Shown here: positions 24,401 through 37,800 of the stretch, one piece after another
How the letters are laid out: the number at the start of each line of letters is the position of its first letter
Position numbering within the stretch: position 1 is the stretch's first letter
Origin: Octopus bimaculoides
Taxonomy: Eukaryota
Length of the DNA stretch: 64,000 nucleotides
Direction: 5' to 3'
Assembly (NCBI RefSeq): GCF_001194135.2
Contig: NC_068989.1
Coordinates: forward strand, 67,387,946-67,451,945
Made by a program: the position numbers and the translations under genes
Notes under the pieces: model-generated
What the model was told of the DNA's origin: nothing
Databases searched by the model: none
What the model saw: the letters and a program-made list of their open reading frames with translations, nothing else

Positions 24401-27400
24401 CATGAGTAATGTCACCTGCAAGACAAAAAAAAAATCTCCTTTGATTGAGTGTGAGTGTAGTAGAGGAAACTTCATGACAGGTGTTGAAAGGCTAAAGCAG
24501 GCTTGTGCAACCTTTTTTGAGGAGTGGGCCGCTTGAGACATGGCTCATCATCAGGTGGGCAGCACTACTAAAAAAAATTTAGAAAATGAAATTGAAGATA
24601 ATTTTTTTTGTTAGGCATGCTATTCAGAAAGTTCTGTGGTTGTAGGTTGCCCATGGCAGGGGGTTAGGAAGGAGTGTGTTGTTGTAGAGGAAAGAAATTC
24701 CTTGGTATCCTGTAACTATGTTACTGAAATTAATAAAATTTATTATCTTTTAAATAAATATGAAATTGTTTTGTTGGCTAACTTTTTTTTTTTTTTTTGA
24801 AAGACAACTGGACAGTAATTATTTTTTTTTGTTTTGTTTTGTTTAGTTGTTATGAGAGATTCTTTAAGCATGTCAATTTGAAAGAGAACAAACTTGTAGT
24901 CAAACGAAGAGGAGGTCATATGATGAATGATCTAGAACTGATTGGTTTAGAATATTTATGGAGGGTATGTATATAATGCTGTTATAATTCTAAGAGATTA
25001 AATTATCTTAAATGCATTTTAAAATATGCAAAAGTTTCTTTTAAAAATTATTTTAATGAAATAGTGATACACAATTTAATGAAATAATTATCTTTTAAAG
25101 ATCACATTTAAAAAGACAGTTTTAATTATATTGTTATGTACTGTTTTCCATGGTTTATTTCTGTAAAATTAATTTATGGTAAAACTATTGATAAGTTTCT
25201 TAAACACTATTAATGTGACGGAAAAAATTTAAAGATTATTATTGTTTACCTTTATATTTTTTAATTTAGGATATGTTTTGATTTTTAAGAATCAGTATTT
25301 TTAATATTTACATATTTTCTTCTATATTCAGGTAATCTTAAACAGTCCAGAAAGTGTTGCTGAGAAACCAGTTGCTCTCTTAAAGGAAATATTTACTAAC
25401 CTTGGTCCTCAATTACAACAGAACCATGTAGATATTCATGAAGACTTCATTCAGACTTGTATAGACCGTCTGAAACCATCTTATGACATTGTTCGTGTGT
25501 TAGAGGATGACAAAGAGAGTAAGAATAGAGTTATGCAAGAAGCAATGCGTATGGTTCGTGTTCTCACTGTACTCAAGGAGTATGTTGCTGAATGTGATGA
25601 AGCCTATGGGGAAGAAAGATCAATATTACCTCTGGGAAGGTAGGTTTTATTTTTATGTCTTTCTCATTCTATCTGTTTGGTTGGTCAGTTGGAGTGCTAT
25701 GTTATAAGACAGTTCTTGGATTTTTCCAGATCTCTTCCTTTTGAACAGCAGATTGAGAAATTAATTTTTTGTAACTAAACACTTTCAAAGTTCGGACACT
25801 GATAGAATGTGTCATATAAAACATCTTTTACTCTTAGTGTTGTTGAGAAAAGTTTCTACTTTCAAAGTTATTTCATTTGTCGTATTTCAGTAATTTCAAC
25901 CAATCGATGATGTATTCAGCTGAATAAAATTACTGGTGTTGTTTGTCAACAACAACTATCATTTGTGTATTTCGTTTGTTACTGTTATTTATGACATCAT
26001 TTGTGCGTTTGTACTGGTTTTAGCTTTAGGGTTTTAGGGTTAGGGTTGGGGTTTTAGAGTTAGAGTTACAGAAAAAAGTGAAAAATGAAGAAATTGGAGG
26101 GGGAGTGGGGGGGTGGCGAAAAAGTCTTTCTGAAAATAGTAGCTGAAAAACAGGAAAAAAAAAAAAGCAGTAGAAATGCACGAACGATTATGTTGGTGCC
26201 ATGAAGTAAACATGCTTCAGATACACTCGTTTATTCATACAAACGTAACTGAGAGGAAATATGTCATAAATAACGGTGACAAACGAAATATACACTGCCG
26301 GAAGTTGTTGTTGACAAACTGCGGCAGTAATTTTATTCAGCTGAATGCACGTCATTGATCGGTTGAAATTACCAAAATACAACAACTTTAACACAAAATA
26401 ACTTTGGAAATAGAAACTTTTCTCAACAACACTAAGAGTAAAAGATGTTTTATATGACACATTCTACCAGTGTCCGAATTTTGAAAGTGTTTAGTTACAA
26501 AAAATTAATTTCTCCATCTGCCGTTCAAAGGGAAAAGATCCAACTTTTCTAGATGAATGTTGATAATAAGATAGGCTAATCTCTGCAGATTAGAGTTAAA
26601 GGCTTTTTTTTTTTCATCCTTCTGTAATTGATAAAATCTGTTCTTCATTAAATGGTGGGTTTTGATATTTTTATAATGGATTTTTATGACAGAATAAAAG
26701 TACAGGTATGGTTGTGTGGTTAAGAAGCTTGCTTCCCAGCCATATAATTTTAGGTTCAGTCTCAATACATGGCACCTTGGGCAAGTGTCTTTTATTATAG
26801 CCCTGAGCCAGCTAAAATCTTGTGAATGAATTTTTTAGACAGAAACTGAAAGAAGCCTGTCTAGTGTTTTTGTGTGTTTTTATATATATATGTGTATATA
26901 TATGTGTGTATGTGTGTACTCTTGATATCACATAATAGTTGTAAGTGTATGTCACCACCATACAAGCATTGTTTGTTTTTCGTCTTCTGAACAACATGTC
27001 TGACTGTTGGGAAATATTACCCTGCTTGGAAACAGGTGAGGGTTGGTGACAAGATGGGCATCCAGCTGTAGAAAATCTGCCTCAGTGAATTCTGTTTGAC
27101 CCATGGAAGCATGGAAAAGTGGCCATTAAAAGGATGGTGATGATGAAACTGTATTCACTGTTGAAATAGAGATGACTTGCAACGACCTCAGAAAGGCAAT
27201 TTTCAAATTTATATCATATTATTCTTTCTTTTTACTTACGTGTTTCAGTCATTTGACTGCAGCCATGCTGGAGCATCGCTTTTAGTCAAGCAAATTGACC
27301 CCAGGACTTATTCTTTGTAAGCCTTGTACTTATTTTATCGGTCCCTTTTGCCGATCTGCTAAGTTACGTAAACACATCAGCATCGGTTGTCAAACGATAT

Positions 27401-30400
27401 TGGGGGGACAAACACACACATGTACATATATATATATATATATATATTCGACAGGCTTCTTTCAGTTTCTATCTACCAAAATCTCTGAAAAGGCTTTGAT
27501 CAGCCTGATGCTATAGTAGTAGACACTTGCCCAAGGTGCCATGCAGTGGGACTGAACCCGAAACCATGTGGTTGGTAAGCAAGCTACCTACCACACAGCC
27601 ACTCTTACGCCTATATTCAAATTTATATCATATTCATCATTGTGATCATCATTTTATCATTCATTTTACAATGCCTACATTAATGGTGTCTCCCATTCTT
27701 TCATTCTGGCTCCATGTATTTTGTAGCCTCTCAAGTCTTCTTTGATAAACTTTTGTAATGGATATCTTTCATTCAATGTGATTTGCTTGGAAACAGGTGA
27801 GGGTTGGCAACAAGTAGGACATTGGCTACAGAAAATTTGCCTCAACATATTCCAGTAAGAATGGAAAAGTGGATGTTAAAATGATGACAATGCTATGTAT
27901 TTTATTATTGTATTAATATTGTAATTATTTTTGCTTTTGCAGAGCTTGTCGAGGACGCCTAGTGACATTATCTGTGAGATTTCCTAACCAAGGGAGGCAT
28001 ATAGAAGATCTTGACATCTGGTCCCATACCAATGACACTTTAGGTTCTGTGAGACGACAGATTTTAAACAGAGTGAAAGTTAGCAGTAGTAGCATTAAAG
28101 TTGACATGTATGTTAATGGAGAGCTTCTAGATCCTAGTGAAGATAAAAAATTGATATCACAAATTCCTCTTCGAGATAGAACTGTAAGTGGTAATCTCCT
28201 TCAAATGTTATATCTTCTTTTATGTAATTTCATTTCATGACTCTGTAATCAAAAGACATCTCATAGAAAAAAGAAAAAAATGTACAGTAGTATTTTTTTT
28301 TTTTTGTTATTGATATTTTATCTTTGAATTTAAGGTGACGTGCTGACAAAATCGTTAGCATGCCAGGCAAAATGCTTAATATCATTTTGTTCATCTTTAT
28401 GTTCTGAGTTCAAATTCCATTGAGGTTGACTTCGCCTTTCATCCTTTTGGGGTTGATAAAATAAGTATCAGTTGAACACTGGAGTTGATGTAATCGACTC
28501 CCTTCCCCAAATTGTTGACCTTGTGCCAAAATTGGAAACTTTAAATAGAAAGTATGAAAAGAGCAACATTTTGTGTAGAAAATGTTTTCTCGGTTGAAAT
28601 GAAACAATGTATGTATATTTATGCCTGTGTATGTGTGTGTGTATATGTATTTCTGTGTATATCTCTGTGTTTATTGTGAAGATCAGTTTGACTGGGTTTT
28701 CACCAACTTGACTCCATTATCAGTGTAGAATCACACCAATTGTAAATATCAAATTGTTTAGATATCATTACTATTGTATGTTTACTGAGCTGCAGAATTT
28801 CTTTTACATTTATCAGTAATACAAAAAAAATTTTTTTGGTTCTTATTAACATGTAAAGAAACATTTTTTCCAACAAGAAACCTTCTCTTTTTCAGGCCGT
28901 CTCGGCTAAATTGGTACAAGTTGGAAGTAATATGCCTTCCAGCCCAGACAGTAGTTCTGATAGCTCTGGAGGTTCTCCTCATAATACTTATGATGGACCT
29001 AACATAGAAGCTGAAAGCTGTCTGCCTGGTGTGGTAAGTACATTATTGACTTGATATTTGTTACGTTTACATAAATTGTGTATGATTTATGAAAGAATTG
29101 CTAGACAAAATTCTTCAAACTAAGCCAACCAACAGAAGACCTAGGAGTAGACCTAGAACAAGATGATTGGATAATAACCATAGTCTCTGTTGGTCATGCT
29201 TGAGAATCCAAATGGAAAGTCTAATGATGGGACCCTATGGCAGGGTTGCTTTCCAGGTGGAGAAAATGGAGATCTAGATGAATTTTGAATTATTTGAAGA
29301 TATAAAAAATTAGATGAATGTATGAACTTTGAAAATTGAAAATGTCTTTAATCTGTATAATATTAGTAAGTTTATTAAAAATTTTGTTTTTGATAATAAT
29401 AACCTTAATTGTAGTATTTTGTATGATTACCAATGTACTTGTTTCTTAGTCTTCAGTTTTATGTCTGTTTTGTCCATGTTGGCATGGATTGGACAGCTGT
29501 GTTCCTTCATAACATCTCATTACTTGCTGCGGTCTCTTGTCATCATTTTCATGAGACTTAGCATCTTGAGATATGCAAATAATGTAGTTACTTCATTTGA
29601 AGAAGTGAGAGAGTAGCTTCAGTGATGAATGATGGGGGAAGAAACAGAGGCTTACTGAGAGACGTAGTGATAGTGTAGCTTAAGTGGTAAATGATGGGGA
29701 ATGAGATGTAGAGGCTTAAAGAGTGGAGAATGATGAGTGAAGTAGTGATAAAGCGGGTTATGTTGTGAATAATGTAGAGTGAAATAAAGAGTGAAGTAGT
29801 TATACAGGGGAGCTTAAGTGATGAATGATGAAGAGTGAGATGTAGCATTCAGATTACGCTGTTAAATCGTTCATCGTTTAAAGTCCGCTTTCCATGCTAG
29901 CATGGGTTGGACGATTTGACTGAGGACTGGCAAGCCAGCAGGCTGCACCAGGCTCCAATCTGATCTGGCAGAGTTTCTACAGCTGGATGCCCTTCCTAAC
30001 GCCAACCACTCCGAGAGTGTAGTGGGTGCCTTTATGTGCCACCGGCACAAGGGCCAGTCACATGGTACTGGCAACGACCACGCTCAAAAAGGTATTTTTT
30101 ATGTGCCACCTGCACGGGAGCCAGTCCAGCAGCACTGGCAATGACCTCGCTCGAATGATTTTCTAACATGCCACCAGCACAAGTGCTAGAAGGCGACGCT
30201 GGTACTATTTATTTATTCACTTTATTTTGAATTAATCATGCATAATCTTGTAGCTTCAAGATTTTGATAGTATGGTTGTTTACTGTTACAATGACATCGT
30301 AGAGAAGGGTATGAGAAGCCAGATCCGGCTAGTTTTGAGCATGAAACAAGTAGAATATTTGGTTCAGATATTGTCAGTTGAAATGCTAAAGAATTAAAAA

Positions 30401-31766
30401 GTGAAGTATTTGTTATAGAGTAATTTAAGTGGTGAATGATGAGGAGTAAGATGTAGAGCTTTGAGAAATTTAACAGTTTGTTAGAAATGTGGCACATGCA
30501 AATCTCAAAAGATATGTTTTTGGCAGCAGTGTGATGGTGCTAATATTATTTTTAGTGTAAATATGAGAATAATCTTCATATTAAAATTACCAATCAGTTT
30601 AACTCTGTTCTATTTTTGCTGAATGTTTCTCCTCTTATCTTTTTCTAGCTTATGGCTCAAGTGAATCGCTACACAGGATTTCTTTTCCAACTGTCGGACT
30701 TAGGTTGTCATCTTCAGTTACCAAAATTAAGAGACACAGCTAGAGCTCTTTTAAAAATTATGTCAGCTGGTATGATATTATTATTTGTATGTGTATATAT
30801 TTTGAACTTTGCATATAAATTTGAAAAGGAACTACTATTTAGGAATGCATCATGCATCTTTCAAGTTGCTGCAAGTTTTTAAATTCATTGATGCTACACT
30901 GCGGGAAATAATAATAATAATGATGGACTCTTCTGTCGAAGACAACATATGAGTGTTCAGCTTTTTGCCAAACGACTTGCATAAATAATTTGTTTATCGT
31001 GCCGCATATTAACTCATTCCCTCCATCAAATAGATGCCTGAACAGGTGCATGGTGTACCATGCGTCAAGTATTGAAGTGATTGCAGAGCAATGTAAGATG
31101 ATGTGTTTTGCTCCAGAACACAATACATCACCCGGTCTAGGAATTGAAATCATGATTGCCAGATTGTGAATGTAACAGTCTAACCACTAAACCATGTGCC
31201 CTCATGCAACACCCTAACCACTAAGCCATACTGGAAATAATAATAATAATAATAAAGATGGTATAAACACACGCCAGAAAAGGTCACAGAAAACGAGAAA
31301 GCAACCATACTCTGGGATATGCCAATACACACAGATAGAGAAATTAAGGCAAATAGACCAGATATAGTTGTCAAAGATCATGAAGGAAAAAAATGCCTTC
31401 TAATTGATGTTTCAATACCAGCAGATGACAACGTTTCTCTAAAAGAAATGGAAAAACTTTCAAAATACAAAGACCTGGAAATAGAGATAACTCGAATGTG
31501 GAATCTAAAAACAGAAACAATTCCTATCATAGTAGGTGCCTTAGGTATAATAAAAAAATATTCAGACAAATACATAACAAAAACACCAGGACTTACAAAT
31601 ATATATAACATACAGAAAATTGCACTACTGGGTACTGCACACATTCTACGCAAAACACTTTCAATACAGTAAACATAAGAGCACCACAGCAAACCACAGC
31701 ACATACCCAAGGCGCACAGAGCTGCGCTCGGTAGTGAAGTGAAAGTACGTTATAAAAATAAAACTA

Positions 31767-31814
<48 letters not shown>

Positions 31815-34800
31815 GCTTATACAGAATTCTGTACCCATCACTAGTGAAGAGTATATATCTCAATAAAATATTACATTATCTACTGCTTCCTGATATTATA
31901 CTCCAGCAGTATTAGACTTGTTTTCATCATCATCATTATTATTTAATGGTCTCTTTTCCATGAATTTGCTGAGGCAGCTTTTCTGTTGTTGGATGTCTTT
32001 CATGTCACCAACCCTCACCTGTTTCCAGTGAGGTAATATTTCTCCATGGCCGAACAGGTTTTCCACGGAAGTCTGGATACAAACAACATTGTTTGTGTGA
32101 TGGTTATGCTCATTTACAGCCATCACATGATATCAAAACAATGTTACACACACACACACACATATGATGAACTTCTTTCAGTTTCCATTTACTAATACTA
32201 ATGATAAGGCTTTAGTTAGTCTAGGGCTTAAGTAGAAACCACTTGCTCAAGGTGCCATGCAGTGTGACTGAACCTGAGCCTACATGGTTAGGGAGTACGC
32301 TAAACCACAGCTATACCTGTGCCTGTTACTGATGTTAGTACGTAGTTCAGGTTTAGTTGACTTTGACAGCCTTTGTAACAGAGTTAATGCCATGTTTAAT
32401 GTTTTACTGTGTTACCATCATGTTCACTAACTGGTCACTCAGTAGACCTACTTAAGGGTTAAGATGTTAGTAAAAAGGCATTTGTAACAAACATAGTATA
32501 AGCTTTGAGGTGGATACAAATCATTGTTCTGGGACCATAAAAACTTTCTGGGTTTGTGAAACCTGGACTAGTGAGGTTCAGCCTGCAGATCCTGAAGTCA
32601 TAACAGTAATGTATTATTGTCTAGAACTAATATTGTACTACATTTTTATGGATATGCACTCACCTTGTATTTTTATTTGTAGATACCCATACAATGGAGA
32701 AATTCCGCAGTATATGTATGGAACATGCCAGAGCTGAAAGTGGTATTTCAGCTGCCCTTGAGAGCATGTTTTTTATTGGCTCCTCAACTCAAGTTCTCTA
32801 CAATGTAGAGGTATGTAGAAATAAAATTTGGGCTTTTATTTTTCATTAATTTTTCCAAATCTTTATTTTCTTTTTCTTTCATATTCATTTACTAATTTTT
32901 TTTTTTTTAAATACTTGTTTGTACATATTTATGTAATTACAGTATATTATGTTATTTTTTTTTTTAGGTGGTTTACAGTCTGCTGATGCCAGCAGGTGCT
33001 CCAATTTCTGATGATGCTTTTGAATTTCAGGTATTGTCTTCTATTATATCACTGCTTCAATACTATTAATAAGCATTTAAATTTTTCACTCTATATTGTA
33101 TGTTACATACAACTCATTAAAAAAAAAAACACTCCCATTCTTGATTAATATTTCAACAGCCAACACATAATGTGCATGGGTTCAAACTATTCTGGTAATT
33201 AATTAAAAAAACAAATGGTAAAACTTTATATGGAGATGCTATTACCCCCTGCCTAACTTTACTAGCTGCCATGTGCAGCAGAAAGACCTATGGGAGATTA
33301 TTCTGCTGACTGTATTTGAAACAAGACAGAGCTCATTTTTAACATCGAGCATTCAAAAGTCTCTCTATCTGTGTAATGGGTGCAAGTATGGCTGTGTCAT
33401 TATGATGCTTGCTTCATGACTGCATGTTTTTGGGTTCAATCCCACTACATGGCATCATAGGTAAGCATCTTCTACATTAGCCTCAGGTCAACCAAAGTGT
33501 TGTAAGTAAAATATGGCAGATGGAAACTTTGTGGAAGCCCTTTGGAGGAAATATCTGTTCTTGGTGAAAGATAGAATCTGTTACTCAGTTTAAAGCCATC
33601 ACCTGGCCCTTGGGTGTCTGTAGCAGTGCCCCCTGTTGTAAACATCTGGGCTAGGTTTCCAGTTTGAAGATAACTTGCTCCCTTCCTCCTACCACTCTCA
33701 GAAGAGTGCTGCTCTTCCTTCTTTGACCAGCCATTAAAATAATTATATGGGTATATACTCCTATTTTATAACTGTTTTATTATATTGCAGTTTTGGTTAA
33801 CCTTTCTATGATTATTGGTGACTAGACATTAAATGAATTTAAAGTTTATTTAATGTTGTGTATGTTATTCATATTTTAAAAATATAATTAGCTATTAAAA
33901 TTAAGTGTCCATTTTTATTTTAAATCTCTTGAAATGGTTTCCGAATTTAGAATATTAATTTTCTTCATTATAATTATCAAGAACTGATTAGCAGTTTTTT
34001 TTTTTTTTTTTTTTCAACATTGCTTTGATTACACCTATCAGCAAATTCATACTTCTAGTAGGAATAATTAGAGAATATGTATCAATAAACAAACATAATG
34101 ATTTTATATACAGTTAAATATGTCACATAACAGTTAAGGTATTTCTAAAATCATGTGGTAAAATTCTTTAATGTTCTAATGGAAAGCAATTATCAGTCCT
34201 TCCTTGTCCTTTTTGTTTATTTTTATTCTATTTATCATCACTAAAAGGACAAATAGTGGTATACTAGTGCTTATTTTTTTCTATTTACTTTAACCCTTTA
34301 GCAATTAAACTGACCATATCTGGCCTAAATATTCTACCTGTTTTATGTTCAAATCAACCAGATCCAGTTTCTCACACCTACTAAACAATGTCATTCTTAA
34401 AATATACAACCACATCATTGAAATAATGAAGCAACAAGATTATGCATGATTAATTCAAAACAATGTGTATAAATATGCATTACATTTGACAGAGTAATCT
34501 GATTATTAAAGGGTTAAATATACTGGTGTCTTGTTGAATGAAATTAGTACAGTGATGTTTGAATTTTAGGTTAATATTTGAATTTTGTGATTGTTGGTTT
34601 TTGTTTCCTCATTCTTAAAAAGATTTCTTCTTTCTCTTTCCAGTATAATTTTGTACGTAGTGGTGGTGTACAATTATCTTTAAATATGTTAATGAAAAAT
34701 AATTTCTTGCCAAATGCTGATCTCCCTACTAGAAGGTAAGTTAGCTTATTGAATTGCTAATATGAAACTTTCACTACAATTACACATTAAATATGTGGAC

Positions 34801-37800
34801 GTTTTTCCCTCTGTTCAACCAAAAGCAAGATATAAGAAAATAACTTGTTCAACACGAGATGGAGAAATATCCTCTTCAGATATTTTCATTCCCAGAAAAG
34901 TCAAATTTCTTCTTCTGGAGAATGACCTTATTTTGTTAATGGCGATTGTACCTTGGTTAGCCTTGCAACTACCACATTTTCTCTGCTCGTCAGTTTTGCT
35001 TTGCTATTAGTATCTTTTATCTTAGTATACCCTGACTCCTTCGATCCCTTTTAATAGAGCTTCCATGCAGTTCTGAAATAAGCCACTCAAATTCTTAAGG
35101 CTCGTTTGAAGTTTGTTAACCAGGTAGAGACCATTGGTTGTATTAATAGTGCAAATCCACCTTGCTTCCTCCACTAAAGTTATTTGCCAATACACATGCT
35201 TTAAATCGAAAGTGGAGAAAAATTTCACACATGACATACCGGAGAAGATAGTGTCAATTGATGGTATGAGAAAAGAATAGGTGTCAATATGTGCATTTAA
35301 ATGAGCCTTGTGATCAAGACACATGCGAAGAGATCCATCTTTTTTTCACAGCTGTACCACGGGTGAGGCACATCTGACTACAGAGTAATCCAATGGTGTG
35401 ATGACCACCCCCTTTAACTCATCTTTCACTTCTTTTTCCAAATGTACTGGAATGCGTCTTGCCGGACTCATCACGTTACTTCTCGCATCAGAGCAGTTGA
35501 CTCAAGCCACAAAACCTTTAATATCTCTGGGAATACATCCATGTTTAAATTGAAACAAAACAAACTTAATATCTTTTCCAATCAGCCCAAAAGAGTATGG
35601 GCTGTCTACCACAATAAATTTACTTGACTCATCGGCGTTGTTGAGTTTAAATGTCACTCAGATTGATCCAATAACCTTTAGATTTTAACCATCAAAAGTG
35701 GTTAATCTATTGTGGCATGATTCGATTTGCTAACCGTTACTTAAGAAATATAAATATTTTGAATGTTAAGTGAGAAAAAAAAAAATCAGTTTCAGTTTGA
35801 CTGATTTATTTGCTGGTTCTAAATCAAAGGTAATTTTTGATCTGCAGAAATATAGTAAAAATTTCTAGACCATTGATTTACTTCTGTGCATCTCTTGTCT
35901 CATTGGTAAAACCGGTAGAAATTAAGAAATAGTTTCTTTACAAATATATGAAAAGTACCATTTAGAAGACTTTGCCTTTGTATTTTTTTTTTTTTTTTCA
36001 TTAATATTTTATTTAACTGTCTCATCACTTATTATCATTGCACTGTCACATCATTTGATATAAATATTGAATATTATAAATCAAAAATGTACTGCTTAAA
36101 ACCCTCTTTCTTCTCATTAGTCTTTTATTTCACTATCCGATACCATGCTCTTATATCATTTGATCTTATGTAAATAATATACTTGATCAATGTAAATTCT
36201 AGTGATCTATTATTAATTTCTTTGGTTTTAGGAGTGCCTATGTGACAGTTCTGAAGATTTGCAAATTGATGACCACAACTGTTGGCCATGCCAAAGTTCA
36301 AGTTGCAGTTGATGCTTGTAGTGCTGATTCTCAGACCACTCCAATCCCTGTTAATGAACATAATTATGCAGTTACTCTTCAACAAGCATTGATATACATC
36401 CCCAACTCAACATCTGAGTTTACATTAAGGAATGTGGCTGCACGCCTTGGTCAACAACTGAAAGAACAGGTAAAACTAATTAACACAATTCTAATTATTA
36501 ATCATCTAGGATGTACATTTATATCCTCTACCTTAGTCTTATTATCTTATTTATGAGCTATATTCTTTTTAGATCATGTACCAAAGTCAGTTTTGTTTTT
36601 CATCCTTTTGAGGGTTGATAAAATACTAGTCATGTTTTAAGGTCAGTTTAAACAACTCTTCAATATCTCAAAATTTGCAGTCTGCTATTGAAGTTGGAGA
36701 TCATTGTTCTATGTGAGAAGATTAAGCCTTTTGTTAACATATCTTTTTCTGTAGAGATGTTCTTCAAAAATAATAAAGAATTTAGTAAAATAACTTTATC
36801 ATTATTAAGCTAATACTTGGGACTTAACATGACATTTTAATGTAAGTTTTTGACTTAAATCGTTTTAAAACAGGAAGTTAGTATCATAGATGCTAGAAGT
36901 AGTCTCAGGCAGCTTTGTATCAAAAGGGTTAAAGGGAGCCTTTTATTTCTAGAAACATATTTAAATGAAATATTTTTGAAAATATTGAAAATTAATTAGG
37001 ATTTGTAGTATTTTGCTTTTGTAATTACATGCATTATAGAAGTCTATCATGTCTTAAAAATGCATCCAAGTGATGAGACCTGATTGAAAAAAAGAAAGCA
37101 GTAGTGGTCTTAACTAATTGCATTATTAGTATATCAAGAACTTCCGCCTGACAGAGCTCATCTTTCTGTGGTATACCTGCAATAGAATTTGACCCAACCA
37201 AATTCTCATTAGTTCAACAACTTTCAGTGACAGGAAACTCAATGGCCAAACTATGAGCTGGCACTCTGGTACTGTGATTCCTAATATGAGTGGTTATCAT
37301 ATGTTCAGAGTAAAGGATAGATTTTTAAACAATGTATAAAATGATAGAGAATTGAAGTTTTTAAAAGTTCCCCAAATTGTCTTACCACTTGTCATAGTCC
37401 TTCATCATCTGACATACACAACAACACTGCCAACTTTGTTGTGGTGTATGTTATGTTTAATGACCAATTACTATTTCCTGCACCAACCCTTGTTCAGTAT
37501 TGACTGGGTGCAATTTATGATATCAATGGCACTACCTGTGGAACACCTAAAGCAGAGTTTGCATTCCTTTTGTTCCTTCTCGGCAAAAATGACATCTTGA
37601 AAGCATATTATGTCCATGCCCTCAACACCCAATCTGTCTCTGTGAAGCCTTTCTCTACACATTCTATGACTCCATCACTCTTCTCAAGTGCTGTATTTAT
37701 GACCCTCTTCTGTGCTATCAGTTATCCCTCTCTTTAGAACCACATCTTTTGTCACTAATCCCGCATTTTCAGTATCATTCCAGACCATGATACTTTGCAC

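Noticed and set aside
29590-29850. Degenerate AGCTTAAGTGATGAATGATG repeats (also at about 30421)
   Set aside because: Irregular spacing and low complexity; no family or function can be supported.
36229-36234. NAGNAG-type acceptors at w18, w24 and w33 (TAG GAG / CAG GAG)
   Set aside because: A distal GAG is rarely used and there is no transcript evidence.
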